From: Phoronis australis
Lineage: Eukaryota > Animalia > Phoronida
Direction of reading: 5' to 3'
Length of the DNA stretch: 64,000 bases
Assembly: GCA_002633005.1 (NCBI GenBank)
Contig: NMRA01000024.1
Span: 999,248 to 1,063,247, forward strand
The stretch's first letter is position 1; each line of letters starts with the position of its first letter. The notes under the pieces were generated by a model. It saw only the letters and a program-made list of their open reading frames with translations, was not told the DNA's origin and did not search any database. The translations under genes were made by a program, and so were the position numbers. Shown in pieces: positions 1-14,650 of this stretch.

Positions 1-744
1 TTGCCATACACAGTTTAAACCTGGGAGTGATATTAGTCCTAGGTTTAAACCATCAAAGTCATGTTGCTTTTTAAAGCAACATAAAAGTACCCTTTGCGCT
101 GGCATAGAGGGACACCTTAGGAGGCCATTGATGCCTTCAACTCTTCCCACCTCGAACAAATACTTTTTTTAGCTGTCCTTCGTTCATTTGCCCAAATCGA
201 CAACTGGTCACTTTTGCTGCTCGTACCAGGGGATATGACCAAAAATAATTAAAAAAAATAAATAAACAAAAAAACACCATCATGGCAATTTTGTAGCCTA
301 CATGGCCGGGATTTTTTCCATTGTTTGGGCTTTACTTAACAGTATATGCTACATTTGCCAGTGATTTTTATGCCAGAATTCTACCTTGGTTTCTGTTATT
401 TGTTAGTATGGACAAAAGGACAGGCAAGGTCCAGGTACCCGCGGCCACTATTATGCGTTATGCTAAGCCGCAGGTGTCTGGTGACTTTTTGATCAGCGAT
501 AATTATTCCAAATGTGTTTACAAGCATGAAAACAGTTAATTGGGCTGTGTGGCTGTGTGAGCGGGTTTATATAACATAATAAAGAACTTTGCCTATCAAA
601 GTATATAGAAGTGCTACACATCGTTTTCAAGAATTGATTCCACAAATATCTGGAACACAAAAAAGTAACCGAAATCAGTGTTCGAGTCATAAAAAATTGG
701 TTCACTAGAACTAGGTTTACACACATCAAAATTATATTGACTTC

Positions 745-802
745 AGTTGCTTGACGGATGAGGAAAGCTGCAGTCTCTGCTTAATTATCTTCTCCTGTAA
801 GT
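745..802 (+). promoter_or_regulatory. Candidate non-coding first exon of the SLCO gene (Inr plus splice donor)
   Basis: TCAGTT initiator-like motif at 743-748 followed about 50 nt later by a consensus donor GTAAGT at 797-802. Linkage to SLCO is inferred only. Confidence 0.25.
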
Positions 803-1710
803 ACGCTGGTAGTATATGCAACACAACTGATATGGAAATTGGCTGTCTGGACTTGTTGGATAAGAAGTCGATCCAAGCAGCTACTCAAAGTAAATGACAA
901 ATTCGTGTAATGACTCCCACACAAAAGGATTGTGTTGTGATCCTCTGGTGAAAGTGTGACATTTTCTTATTGAGAGACTGCCTGTTAATGGACCCTTGCA
1001 CCCCCCCTCCCAGAGTATATCCCTGGGGATTATTAATAATGCTGTATAACCGTTCCCGTGAGGATACCCCTGCAGGATCGTTAGGAATACGCCAGTGAGG
1101 GGCTTGAATTTCTGTTAACTGTAGGAGGCAGTGTGGATTCAGGTAGTCACTTGGGATCCTAATCGGACTGCATATACCCCTAGGCAGATGAAGACTTTTC
1201 TGACAAGACAATAAACAAGAACACTTTTTTTTCATAAGCTCTACCTAGTCAAGAGTAGGTCTCTCGTTGGCCTTTTCTATGCATTTGGGTAAATTATTTC
1301 ATTAGCTGTGTGCCCAGGGTGATGCCTATGCTGTTCAGGCTTCTTGACTTCAGTCTGATGTGTTTTCCTTCAGCTTCAGTTCAAGCATGGTGCAAATTAC
1401 ACCGGTGTCATGGTGTCATGTTTTCATGTTGTAATCTTATTTTCTGTTAATTCACCTAAGTAACTAATACGTTTACACACTGTTTTCAGTTCCTGAACCT
1501 GTCACTTCTTTTTTTATCAAAAGTATAAAAAACAAGGACCGCATTCATTTGGCATGTGGAAAAACAAAAAAACCTCGGGCTTTTCAAGCATGGCTTATGA
1601 ATTGATATAACAAATTTGAAACGGGGCAACACATGTTTGGACCACAGGCATCCTCAGCTTCTGATCGTCCCCAATACACTATGTATACACTACAAGGTAT
1701 GACACTCCCG

Positions 1711-2262
1711 ACTAGAAATTCCACGGGTGCTTCACTTCAGCCGTCCGTATCAAACACAAAACTCAATAAATTTACACAAAACGGGTTCAGCAAACCATTA
1801 GCAATTGTTCTTTCTTCTAATTCCATTAACGGTGTCCTGTTCCAGCAAGTTTGCAATAAGTTCGCGGTCAAAGCACAAAATCTTACCAAAAAAGCCACAC
1901 GTACTATCTACTTTGACACACAGAAATTGTCAATTTTTCACGGAAAGTCACGACATCAATACCATTTTCTAAGTTATTGTTTCATTTTTATTTTATACAA
2001 CATTAGATTTTTCATAAAAATCATAAAAGTCTTATTTTTGATAACCAATCATACAAAAGTGGAACATGTCAAAAACAATTCCTGACAAGTTTTTGGAGAA
2101 CAGTGGATAGAACATATCGCCTGATAGTTTCAAATGAATCCAACCAGACATTTCGATCCTGAGATATGATAATCCAAAGATAGTCAAATTTGGACATGTT
2201 TCTAGGGTCCTGCAGAACCTAAGCACACACACCAAAAACATTTGTAAGGGTAATGTAGACAT
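1711..2262. mobile_element. Degenerate Helentron/HINE-like non-autonomous repeat
   Basis: Begins ACTAGAAATT. Contains the block agtttcaaatgaatccaaccagacatttcgatcctgagatatg...aaatttgga, with related copies at about 21550-21690 (two tandem units) and 54685-54750. Confidence 0.35.
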
Positions 2263-5200
2263 ACAGTCACAGCAGTGAACATCATGTCACTAAGTTTGAT
2301 TTAAAAATTCAGAACAACAAATACAATATTAAATAATCACGAAAAAAGTCCTTCCCTTATTTAGAAGTTAAATTTTATCATTTGCTTGTTATTCATAGAA
2401 GTATCGCTGTTTTCATGACACAAGTGTAAGGTACTTTTATGTAATTCTTTAATTGATTGATATGAAACATGACCCTTTGGGTCAAAATTTTATATAATCG
2501 CTATTTTTACCACAATTATATTTCTTTTGTTTCGCTGTAATTTTTTGAGCTTTAATTAGGTAGATGAATTGATGGAAGACCAGTTTGCTGTTTTGGTGAC
2601 CCATTCGTTTACAAATTGCATGCTACCATAATTCTAAAATGTCATTTTTCCCATCTTTCATACTACCATAGTTGCCGAGTATTTCCATGAATGCAGATGG
2701 GTCTGTGGTTTTCGTGCCAGGTTCTTTGCTCCTTGGTATTGTCTTGTTGGCATTGCCTGTTCCACTCATTTCTGTTCAGATGCTGCTAGTAGTATCAAAT
2801 GTCCTGTCAATTAATCATTTCTCAGGTCATTTTACTGTCTTGCTATAAAATGACCCCTAGCTTTAAGTCTCCAATTGTCAAGAAGGTTTGGTTGGGAGTC
2901 GTCAGCTGGTATTTAATAAGGATATATGACGTGATCATAGTCAGTCAACAGTACCCTACACACCTGAGACCCCAAACTGTCTGTCGGAAGTCTTGATTCT
3001 AACAAACATGCCGGAAACTCTCGGCAGCTGATGCTCTCTGTTGTGCAAATGTACTCAAAGTTTGCACTATCTTAAGTACACTTTTACCTTCCTTGTTACC
3101 TGATAGAATTAAACAGTTGATGCAAAGCCTATAAAACTGTGAAGATGTTATTACTGATTGCGACGTTACACCAAGTTTTTCAAACTGGCAGCTATTTCTT
3201 CAAATAGGTCATTTAAACATGTCGCAAGTTCCAGCAAACATGATGGAAACACACTGGCTAGATTTTGAGCTATCGATGCAGTGTGTGGTGTTAGATTGAC
3301 TAAGTGGTGTTGTGGTAATGTCTCATCAATTTAGGACACGATGGAGCAGACAAGTTTTAGATTTTATTTTTTTCTCAAATTTAAAGATATTTAGCATTGA
3401 ATATATAGTTGCCATTTTCAAGTTCTACAGATGTTCACATCTAATGTTGCTGCTATGTAGACATTGCTGAAAATCATTTGAATACCATATTTATTCAAGC
3501 AACTTTTTAAGTACTTAGAATTTTGTGTTGATTGTGTTAATTCGGGGGATTTTTTTACAATTTGCTGGGTTTGTTCACATGTTTAAAATGGGTGGTGTCT
3601 ACCATCTGATGTCAGACTGCTGTTAGGCTGTGTGTGCTATTCCACTGTCATTTGTATTATTGTTAAGTCCTTGGCTAGCCAATTATCTGTTCCCAGACAC
3701 TGGGCACCATATATCTGAGAACAACAACAATGGGTGGCCAGTTATGTGTTCACAGACATTGAGCATGTCTGAGAAAAATTACTGGGATTTTGAAGTACAT
3801 GGTAATGTAGTTACTCTCAAAGACCTTGGGAAATTGAAAATATGTGAATTTTTGTCCGAATTTGGTGAGACTTTACCATTGTAGGTATTTCATTGCCACT
3901 AAGAATTTCAGTATGTGGGGGGTAAATTAAAATTATTTTTTGGCTCGTGCGACTGACCGTGAAATATGTGTGCAACTTGTAATATAGAGAATTCGTAAAT
4001 TTGGGTGTGAGTCAAACATTAGCATTAACCAGGAGGAGCATTGTACTTAAGATTATTTTTTCCTTTAAATAATTTTTGTTTTCGCTTGCCCATACCTCTC
4101 TCCTCAGAGATGGATATTTAGGTTGAGTAAATACACAGGTTTATTTTCGTCAAAGACACATGCATTTTTGATGCAAATGTTTTTGTTTTTGCGGTTGATG
4201 ACGTAATTCTTTTGTCAAGTTGCAAGTGAAATGTTGTGGTTGCTTGATGGTTGGTCATTGGAGGGAAAACTGGAAATTTTAACATTTGGATGCTCAAGTA
4301 AAGTAAACAAGTAGGCATTGGTGTCTCAACTTGGTGGGAGCTCATTAGCCTATCCATAGCAAAACAGTTAATTTTGATAACATACCATAAACTGTAATGA
4401 AGACCCATGTCTCCACAGTAACATATCTCACTCCGTAATTTGACTTAGGGTCATTAAAACACAGCCACTGTCATGGGACATGGATGCTCCTAGAAATTGC
4501 AAAACCCATTTTGGACGTCCCCAATTTTGAAATCATGGATGAACCCCTGCTCCAGACAAAGAAGTTTTCACCCATTTTCCAAAGCGTTGATTCTGATTTA
4601 GGATACTTAAGTTGAAAGCAAATTAAGGATTGTTTACTTTTCGTCCTCTTTTTGTTAAAATATGCTAAACAAGAAAACACATGTATTGTGTTACGTTGTC
4701 CGACAGCTCTCACATTTTATAGATTTGCGGGATAGTGATAAATAGTTTATATTGGAAATCGATGGACGCATGACTCTTGGTGATTCTTTTGTAAGTTTGC
4801 CTGGGGTTAGCAATCCTGCGTTTTGCGCTATCTGCTGTAACTGAGCTGTCTGGGATCTCAAGGTTGTTGCTTGGTGATTTGTAGTGGTATCAGTATGTTG
4901 TTACAGTGGCTTTGTACAGTGTGTCACTTAACTGAAAAAGTTTCAATGTGTAGTGATGCAAAATGTTCATCTAATTTGATAATATCGTCAAAATACTTGG
5001 AGTTTTGAGTGGATATTACTGAGGTGATAGTATTGTTTTTTTTGCCAGGGTGTGACGCCCCACTTGGGAATACCGGGTGAGGTGGGGGGAGGGGGGGGCA
5101 ATCACAGCTGAGACTATACTCCTGTGATGCCATCGACTAAACCAGAAATTTCTTTTCAACATGGTGGTCATTATCTCAGTCATTCTATATTAAAAGCTTT

Positions 5201-6185
5201 AACAAATTTTTCCAGAAATATGGTTTGTAAATAACAATAGAAGTGGTAATTTCAGTTTGAAGTGGGAGGTTGGAGTCTGCCTGCAGCAGACTTTATTGAG
5301 TGTAATATTAAAACGTAGGTTCAATGCCTCAAAATTAGAATGCTGGTCAAAATTTACCAGCATGCGAGCAGTTGAGTGTGTGTTACTGTACCGGGGGGGA
5401 GTTCTTGACAATATTTTTACTGGGGATGTAGCTGGGAAGTTGAAATATCAACCCATTTGGTTAGATTTGGGACCCATTTGTAGCATAAGCGGGTATTGGG
5501 TTTGCCTGCAGGCAAATTGACTCCCAAAAATTAAAAACCTTACCCAGACATTTTCTTTCGAAAATTGTTGTTGGGTCAATGGGTCCCCCCAGTTGTGACG
5601 TCTCAGATGCATTGGTGTGTTAGAGTCAGATTCCATGAAAAAGTCACCCTTTGTTTCGGGAACACCACCCTTTTCTTGGGTTTATTCTATAAACCCAAGT
5701 CTTTATTTAAGGATTCTTGGGCAGTTTTGTTAAGAATTATCACGATGTGTCAGTAAGTTGCTTGAGACTGCGTACACTTGATACCAGCGTTAAATATAAA
5801 GATTATTTTCTGCAGAGCTCTTCAGCAACACCATGGCTGAGACATCAGTTTGAACCATGCAAGGATATTCCTATCGTCATGTGCTGTTAAGTAACTGGTT
5901 AAAATTTGAAAGTGGAAAAGTTTTGCTGCACCATGTGACAATGTATAGCTCTTCCGTATATCCAAGTTTTAAAGTACCATTCTCTTTCATTTGTCTGGTG
6001 ATTTGGTTCACCTTCAGTGGTCTTGCCTTTTTTCATTGGGTGTTTCGTTGACAAAACCAGCNGGTTTAGATCATATTTTCTGCATTGTTATGCATATTGA
6101 TTCAATATTAATGGTTCAGGAGCTGCTAATCTGTTCAGTTAAGGGTTTCTTTGTATTTCAGTTTGGAGTACGAGCAAACGGCATC

Positions 6186-6876
6186 ATGGCCGCGGTGTCG
6201 GGAAGTAAAAACGACACAGATGAGAAGAAGCCAAAAAATACGGCCAGCACTATCCGTACTGCCGATGAGCTTCAGACGGACTATTTGCCCAAGGATACTG
6301 GCAGCGAAGTGTACCTTGCCAACCATATGAAATATGGCTGGCGTAATTTCCGGCCAGATGCATTGCAATATTTCAACAATGCCAAGTGGCTGTTATTCTT
6401 CTTATGTCTTTCAAATTTCTCTCAAACTATGGCAACCAATGGTTTCATAGGATCCGTACTCTCTACGCTAGAGACCAGATTTGGTCTCAAGAGCACACAG
6501 AGCGCACTCATTGCCAGTGCCTACGAGATCGGCACGGTCCCGGCATTGGTCATCATCTCGATATTTGGCAGCCGTATCAACCGGCCACTCTGGATTGGAC
6601 TTGGAATGTTCGTCTGCAGCCTTGGCTCATTTTTATTCGTTATGCCGCACTATTTCTCGGATTTCTACCAATACAGCCGCGGTGCCGTGGAACCAGTCTG
6701 TAAGTCGAACTCATCCGTTTGTGATGAGGAGTACATTGATGGTGACCTCGGTATCTATCTTTATGTATTCATTATCGGAAATGTTCTGCATGGAATAGGG
6801 ACCACTCCACTCTATACGATTGGCGTCACTTACTTGGACGATATGATCAGCAAAGAGACATCGGCCTTATTTATAG
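6186..6876 (+). CDS. SLCO4A1: SLCO4/OATP4-like organic anion transporter, coding exon 1
   Basis: Acceptor tttcag ends at 6161 and ATG is at 6186 (MAAVSGSK...). Encodes YGWRNFRPDALQ, LSTLETRFGL..SALIASAYEIG, RPLWIGLG and LHGIGTTPLYTIGVTYLDD, all typical OATP N-terminal half motifs. Donor G|GTGAGT at 6877 (phase 1). The symbol means SLCO4-like, not proven orthology. Confidence 0.93.
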
Positions 6877-9814
6877 GTGAGTTGGTGTAATCAGACAATC
6901 ACGATATCTTGTTACTGTATGTTTGTTGGTGTAACTTTGACTTTTTCACTCACTTTCTTGTAACTGTTAAAAAATTAAGATGAAATTATATTACAAATTT
7001 GCCTGAATTATAGTCGTGTTCAAACAAACTAAATCTGGGTTATCAGTTTTTCACGGTTCACACTTAGATTTACAACTGTTAAAACTGAAGTTCCTGGTTT
7101 TGTCCGCGATTGGTGGCAATCAATACCTACATGAATTCCTTTCATATTCACAAGGTTACAACTGTGCTGACAGTTCACATGGGTTTATGACACTTAAAAC
7201 TGCTTTCTAAAACCTCCATCATAGAGGGTTAGAACCACATTGCAGTTTACAACTTTTATTGATGGTTTTAAACTGTTCACACCAAGAGTGTAACCTTTAA
7301 ACCAGTGAGGGCTTGGGGTTTAATCTTTTCGCTCAAAATTATGTGTGACATTTTCTGGTCTACTTTTGTGCAAACTCAAGATAAATATTTTGGCTTTTTC
7401 TACTGGAGTATGTTATGGTTTATGGTGATCAGTGTCCAGACTTAAAGGTTGGCACATGATGTCCCTTAGATTCGAGCTATGAGCTCAAGTCAAGACTCGT
7501 TATTGCGAGAATTAACTAGAAATTTCAACTTCAGACACAAACTTATATAGTTAATGCTGGGGTCATCAAGTGGAAGCAAGGATTAGAAAGTTATCTTCGT
7601 AAACTAAAGAGTACTCCAGTACAGAATAATAGATACTTATCTTGAGTTCATAAAAAATGAAATCAAAATTGCCAAAAATAATTGGTTGGATTTCGAGAAC
7701 ATTTAGATTAGACCACCAGCCCTCGTTTGAAAGTTATAATTGCTCTGGTTTGAACAGGACAACTGCATTTGTTGGTTGGTCGGTTGAAATGAATATTTTG
7801 AAACTTTCAGCCCTAAGTCTTAAATGTAAAACTTAATTGGGCCACATGTTGTTTTTACAATATGTAAATTATAGATTTGTCATCAAGAGGGGTTTGATTT
7901 TTACTGTAAAACTGTTGTTTTGATGTAACTATAGTTACACAGAATATGCATATTAAAAGTCAACATCTCAAAGGTTTCGATGACATGCTTGTTGGACCTG
8001 GGAAAAGGGTTCTGTTGTGTCTCCTGTCGCCTCCATTTATCTGAAGAGGGAAAGCAAAATCTTACTGTGACTCTCTAGGCCGGGTTTGATGTCATACCCA
8101 TGCTTGAAGATGCCAGAGTCTTACATTGAGTACAGTTATTTGCAATACTGTGAAGGGATGAAACCTGTTGTCATAGACCTTGTGCAAATACTTAGATCTC
8201 ACAGCTGCAGGTCAACATTTCCTGGTTATGACTCAGCCTGCATGTGTTTTGTCTGTACTTTTATTCATGTCTGTAAAGTTTGCTTCTTACAAAAAGGGTG
8301 CCTGAGGGTTTTGAGCCGTTTTCGTAATAATTTAACTGGAGGAGAGTTGGTGTGTATTAGAGAGTCCTAACAATCTTGTAGCAAAACAATTCGTCAGCAT
8401 AGACACTTCCAATGTGTAACAAAAGTAAAAATTGAAAGCTTCATCTATTGTTTGCATATATGTTTTCTTAACTTACTGTAAAAATTTGTCAATCTTTGAT
8501 ATTAAACAGGATTACTAAAATAGCCATTTTTTCTATTTGTCGTAGACTTACTGGGTAGTACATTGTTGTGAATGCTCAGAATGTTGTTTGGTGTGACAGC
8601 TTTTTTGTACAATAAGCCATTATTAATAACCAAAAAAAAAATTATCCCCCGATAAATGTTTTTTGTTAAGAAATGCAATAAAACAAAATTCTGCTAGTCC
8701 AAGTACTTATTGTGTCCTGGAATTTAAGAACTTTCACCATAATTAGAGTGAGGGAGGTGAGGTGTTTAGCTGCAATGTACACAAATGTGTACTTGAGCTA
8801 AAAGCGTGTGGACATATTTTATGTTTCTGATGAATTATTTTGGCTGTAAGATAAATGGCAGTTGTCTAGATTCACTTTGCAATGTATTGAATCCGTACCT
8901 CTGTGCAGTTACCAACAGGTTTGGGAACGCTATGCGGTAGTCCTTCACCTCCTCAGCACACTTTACGATATGGTGAACGAGTGAAATTCTGTTTTCCCAA
9001 ATTTCTCCACAGAAATAAAAATTTATAAAATGTTGGTCTATTTTTAGCTTAGTTTGTAATATGTAGATGTCATAAAACAAAATTTGGTAAAATTTGCATC
9101 TCTAGCATTAAAGTAATTAGCATTAGAAAAATGGAAACGTCACAATTTAGGCAATTATTTTTATACGAAGTACCGTACTGTCTAAAAAGGCTACGTCCGT
9201 AGCTTCTGTCTTACCAGGAGTGGGACTGAGCCAGTGAGTTGTTATCTGACCTGAACAACACTGGAAATGGTGTGTGCATGTACATTTTAATTAAAACAAA
9301 GCGGCCACTTGATGTGTTAGTTAAAAGACCAATTTTACTTTGATGAAAGCATTTGGGAATAATGTAACTTCTAAAATAAGTAAAAACACATGTTTTATTG
9401 ACATTTTAAAACACTGGGCGGCAAGTTTAATGAGCTTAATTCAGAATGAAACATCAATGACAGTTTAGTTTTAAAACAAAACTTTACTTTAAATTGTTTA
9501 TTTAAATGCTCTTAAGTAGACCTCTATGCCTATCCCGAAATGCGTAATGTTCAGATTGATACCACAAAGCAGTGTTTTCAAACCTCATTTTGAACCATTT
9601 ATGATGTCACTTAGGTAGATGGTGGTGTCTGCAAATTAAATACATATTGACCTTAGTTGTTTTTATGGGAGACGGATGCCCCCTGACCCTGACCCATTTG
9701 CAGGACACATGGCCAACACTAGCGTATGGGTCTATGCTTATGAACGCATTTTGCTTGCAAAATGTACATGAGAATTTCTGAAAGTGTAATCAATGTTTTT
9801 TTTTTTCATCACAG

Positions 9815-9917
9815 GTATATTTTATGCAATGGGTGTGTTAGGTCCAGCTGTCGGTTTCATTGGCGGTGGGTTTTTCCTCAACATGTTCACTGACTTTGAT
9901 TCTCACAGTAGATCAAG
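9815..9917 (+). CDS. SLCO4A1: SLCO4-like exon 2 (GIFYAMGVLGPAVGFIGGGFFLNMFTDF), absent from the ORF track
   Basis: Polypyrimidine tract plus acag acceptor; AG|GTAAGT donor; phase 1 to 2 fits; OATP GPAxG motif. Confidence 0.93.
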
Positions 9918-12116
9918 GTAAGTACCAGGTGTCAAGCTGTTGGTCATCTGGGGTCATGTTTCACTGAAGAGCATAAGACCTAAGGTCTATTAGATCTGAT
10001 TTGCACTTGTTGTAACTACGGTAACCAGCTAGGATTTTCCAAGATTTAACACAAGTTGAGGTTAAACTTAACTTCAGGAAGAACCTCCTAACATTCATTT
10101 ATTTTTATCAAAACATTAGCTAATTAATTTTTTAAGCTAGGCACCAGTTCAAAGGGTTGTTAAGTTAGGACTCTTTAGTGAATGGCTCCCCTGACAGCAT
10201 ATTTTACCACACCTCTAAACAAAGTATTACTTATCTCAGCTTACTATACTCCTTAGGTATTTTGCACTGAAGCAATCAATTAAAATCTGATTTATTCTAT
10301 TGTCCAAAGGCCCACTCTCGGGAAGGTTCCTCCACCAACCTGCATGGGTATTTTAGGAAATTTCCCCTGTGACTACCTGGTTACAAGGTCTCAGCATGCC
10401 AACCCATATGGTTATGTTTCACTTTCACTCAGTACAAATCATGCTAACGGACATTTCTACAGGCAGACCTATCTTTTGATGAGCGCAGCGAGTGTATACG
10501 AGGAAAATTTTCAGCAGATACACCCAGGTCGTTCGTTTGGAGTTGATACTGGCTGTTTCCTAAAACTTCCAGTTTTCCAAGAAATGGAAACCAAAAATGG
10601 CTGGTAGCTTAAGTAAACATTCAACAATAAACTGTTATCTGTGGAAACAATATAAATCGACAATGTTGTGTATTGATTCTCCTGGTTTCAATTTACATGC
10701 TGATTGCGTTGTTGATGTAAGAGGGTATATACATTCACAACTTCCTTATGTATGCCCAGTGGATATTAGGATTTGACTTTTTGTTCTTAGACGGATAATT
10801 TTCTGAATGTACATGTGGGGCGTGACTATAGAAAACTCTGGTAGTGATGAAGAAGAAGACCCATAATGTTTGGTTATGTTGAGGAGTTGGGTGAATGAAA
10901 TTTCCCTTTTTCCCCTCATTGAATGCTGAACAGGTGATTTGCTGTATCACCCAATGGTGTCACCTTTCAGTACTTTTGCTTGTCCAGTTTTTATCATCTT
11001 TGGTATTTTCTTCTTTTACTTGGCATTGATTTCTTTTGGTTTAACCTCCCAGTGCAAACAAGCCTACATGCAGTTGGGCTGAACTGTTATCCGCGCCCTG
11101 GTGGCTGCCTGTTCATGTTTGCTAAGCCCTTTTGTTATTTTACATTGGTCTGTTATTGGCAGTCTGCCAGTGAAGTACTATTCATGTTTTTATTCTTTGA
11201 ATAATTGAAATAAAATGCACCGTGCGTGACAGGTGTTGGCCAAGAACAAATCATTTGAAATTATTCATTTCTGTAGTCTCGCTGTTTTTTGTGTTGGCAA
11301 AATACACAGTTGACATGCCCATTGTGTCTCTGGTGTATTCTTTGAGTGAGAAGTTGTCTGCGTTTAGTGCGTTTTTGTTATTAAGTTGTCACATTTTTAG
11401 ACAAGGCAACCCATGTATCATAAAAAGAACTTCGTTCGAGATTTTGTAGTTATCTATCACAATTAATTCCCAAATTTCACTTGTCAGCGTACCATATGCA
11501 ACCCATCATTCAATAATTATGTTGCAATTAAGTGTCAGGTTACCTTTTGAATACATTACTCTGTCTCACCAATACACAATAGCTTGCAAGGTTTTCCACA
11601 CTGAGCATTGAAAGGTAATGGAAGGTTTCGTACAGGACGGAAAACTGCGTTTTTTTGCATTCGGGTTAACACTCACGTTCACCCGAACAAACAGTTATCA
11701 CTGAATTTTTAAAATTTTTACATGTTGATAGGAATTTTCGAAGAAATGCTTTACCATATGAATATGGTGTGGGAAACATGTTGTGAACATTCTTATGTGG
11801 CCAACAGATGGCGTGCTGACAACATGCTTTACCCTACTCCAATTCTGTACCATAGCTACCTCATCAGACTATTTGAATAGTGTGGGGACTTAAAACACTG
11901 TTAAAAGCTCTTGAAAAAGAAAACACAGGCAAGTTTTTTTGCCAAGATTGGTGAGATTTTGATGATCTAACATCTTTTGTTGTGCTAGTGTCCTGCTGTG
12001 TTTGCTGACATTTCATCCTTTGTAATAATACAGTACATGTCATTCAGCAATTATTTCCTTAATCATTGTAATGAAGCCCTGTCTAGAATTACGCAACCTT
12101 GTACATCTCATTGCAG

Positions 12117-12241
12117 TAGCCTGTCAATAACCAATCAGGATCCACGCTGGGTCGGCGCTTGGTGGGTCGGCTTCTGGATCAATGCCATCGTCACGATGCT
12201 GGTCGTTCTGCCACTGACAGGCTTTCCCTTAGATCTCCCAG
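12117..12241 (+). CDS. SLCO4A1: SLCO4-like exon 3 carrying the OATP signature DPRWVGAWWVGF
   Basis: ttgcag acceptor; G|GTAACC donor at 12242; matches the OATP family signature D-x-RW-(I/V)-GAWW-x-G-F. Confidence 0.95.
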
Positions 12242-13174
12242 GTAACCGACTGGTAATAGGATAATAACTGTCTGCTGGTTGTTAAGTTCACACTGTATGA
12301 ACTTTAATGTGCTGCACGCGTGTTGTTCACAGTTTGACACGCTATTAGCCTGTAAATTAAAATCGGGTTTGTTTCCCTTTGCACAACTGATCATAAAATA
12401 TGCGCGTGACTGATTGGTGTTTATTTCAATCTGAGAAAGGATTTATTTGTTATTGACATATTTTTGCTGCAAAAATAAGTGTTCCCCAACAATGACAAGA
12501 AAAGACATATTTTACTGACCTTACCCACCTCGGCTGATTGAGGATAGGATGGCGGTTACTAATGGCAGTGCTGTATACGTATCACGTGGTCAGCTTAGAG
12601 GCAAATACGAAGGCTTTATTAATTAATTAGTGCGTTTTTTTTTGAAAAAGTACATCTGCCATGTAATAATACAATGCTCCCTGTCTCTATTTTCATGTAT
12701 AGTTTTGGTGAAAAGCCGATTTGAGAATGTAACAGGATCTCGGGAGGGGGGGGGGGGTGGGCGGCTACATGCATCTGGCCACTATTTTCATGTGGGCACA
12801 TTTTGGTGATGGTGGAGGATATGAATAGTGCATGCTTTTGTGGGCTGCCAGATAGTATTTGAGAAATATTTTCAGAAATGTTACCCTCGCTATGCAGTTT
12901 TCAATATGTGCCCTCTTGAAGAAAACACTAGACTTTACAGCAGCGTAACGCATTCCTCTTGTACATGAAGGTTCCTAATTTCTCAGATGCAGTTCCAGGA
13001 GGTGCAATGGCTGCTCAGACACTTTTGCTTTGGTTTAGGAAAGGTATCCAAAGTGGTACCTATATTCATCCATGGTTGGATTCATCCTTAGCCGAAATCC
13101 TGGATCCATGTCTGGTTCAGTCTTGAAACAGTAACTCCACTCAAAATCTTGATTTCTGTTCTCTGTGACCACAG

Positions 13175-13432
13175 GTGCTGCGCAAATTCGAGCCGAGAAA
13201 GAGTCGGAGGCTCACGGTGACGCCGAGGCTATGGCGGCACATCCAGACTTTGGCTCCAGGTGGCGAGACGTACTGGTGGTGATTCTGTCATTGTTCAAGA
13301 ATGCTCCATTCGTCTGCATCACGTTTATCGGAATCTTCGAGGCCATCATCATCCAGGGGTTTGTGGCTTTTGGCCCAAAGTACGTTGAGAACCAGTTCGC
13401 CATCAGCAGCACCTTAGCCGCCATTGTGTTTG
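13175..13432 (+). CDS. SLCO4A1: SLCO4-like exon 4 (...LFKNAPFVCI...FGPKYVENQF...)
   Basis: acag acceptor; G|GTATGT donor; conserved PKY-x-ExQF motif. Confidence 0.94.
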
Positions 13433-14650
13433 GTATGTTCACAGTGAGAACTGTTTGTGTTTGATGAAAAAAGCATTAGAAGTAGTTTCATACGTCATCC
13501 CTTCTAAACAGCATGTAAGAATCAGACATAATCCTTAAAGTCCAGGGAGATGTTTCTCGAAAGTCTCGAAGTCGACTTTTGGCTAAAAATCAGTCTGTGG
13601 ATAATTTACCTGTTTCAATAAATCAGGTAAATGTCTGAAAATCTGTCTTCAAGTCGAAGCCAAAAGACAGAAATTTGTAGCCTGCTGGGGAGCAGACTAA
13701 AACCGTAAGTCAAAAAAGACAAAAAAATCAACTTTTTTATATTCTTTTTGAGAAACAGGTCTTCCGGTGTTCTAACTTATAACTCCCTCTGGTGTTTGGT
13801 CACAGAACCTGCTTATTTCGTGCCAAATTGTTCTTGGGGCATAAAATGACAAGCCCATCAACCTAACTTGATCCTTTTCTAAGCCAATAATGAGCTATCA
13901 GTTCTTCCTAAGCCAAGGAATAACTTCTAAATCTTGTGCAAGGAACAAGTTGGCACCGATTAGGATAGCAAGTGGTCTAAATTAAAAGTTTGCTGGGCCG
14001 ATCACGGTGGCAAGTGGTCCAAATTAAAAGTTAATGTTTTTAACCAGAGGTAGATACAAAACAGGTCCTTCCTTCTTGAATGTTGTATTGTATTATTCCT
14101 GAAGGCTTTTGAGTATGTTGTACATTTCAGTTGATCTTGCCATGCAAGGGTAGATCTTTCCCTCCACATCAGGTGTTCTCATTAACGGTGTACGTCTTTC
14201 ACTGTATATGTAATATTATAGTGACAATAAAACAAACACTAGCCATAGGCTATTAATACTGACTATAAAGTAGCAATACAGAAAAAACAAAACATTTTGG
14301 AGAATGTGGCTGGATCAAAACCTGCCGATCTATTCTGTTTCCATATCGAACAATAGCTAGCACTACCCTGTGCTATCAGTTGAAGATCTACTTCCAACCA
14401 AGGAGACCTTGCTCCGTTTATGTGATTGTTAAAATAATTTTAGCAACACCAGATGAATATTTTCTTAGGTGTTTCTGAGGAGTTTTCGCCTTACTTCACG
14501 AATTTTAACATTTTTGTGAGATTACGTAATCGATTTCAATGTCGTACTTCGATTCTATGTTTGCTTCAGCGAATATGTCGGTGACAAGTCATCGAATTGT
14601 AGTAACACTAATTCTGGCAGTATATATTCGCTTCATTATTCACTGTTCAG

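Noticed and set aside
1633-2085. 150-aa ORF
   Set aside because: Overlaps a degenerate repeat; no domain, no splice support, AT-biased tail.
5991-6185. N-terminal 65 aa of the 299-aa ORF
   Set aside because: Mostly upstream of the tttcag acceptor at 6161; intronic read-through from a non-ATG start. The first suitable ATG is 6186.
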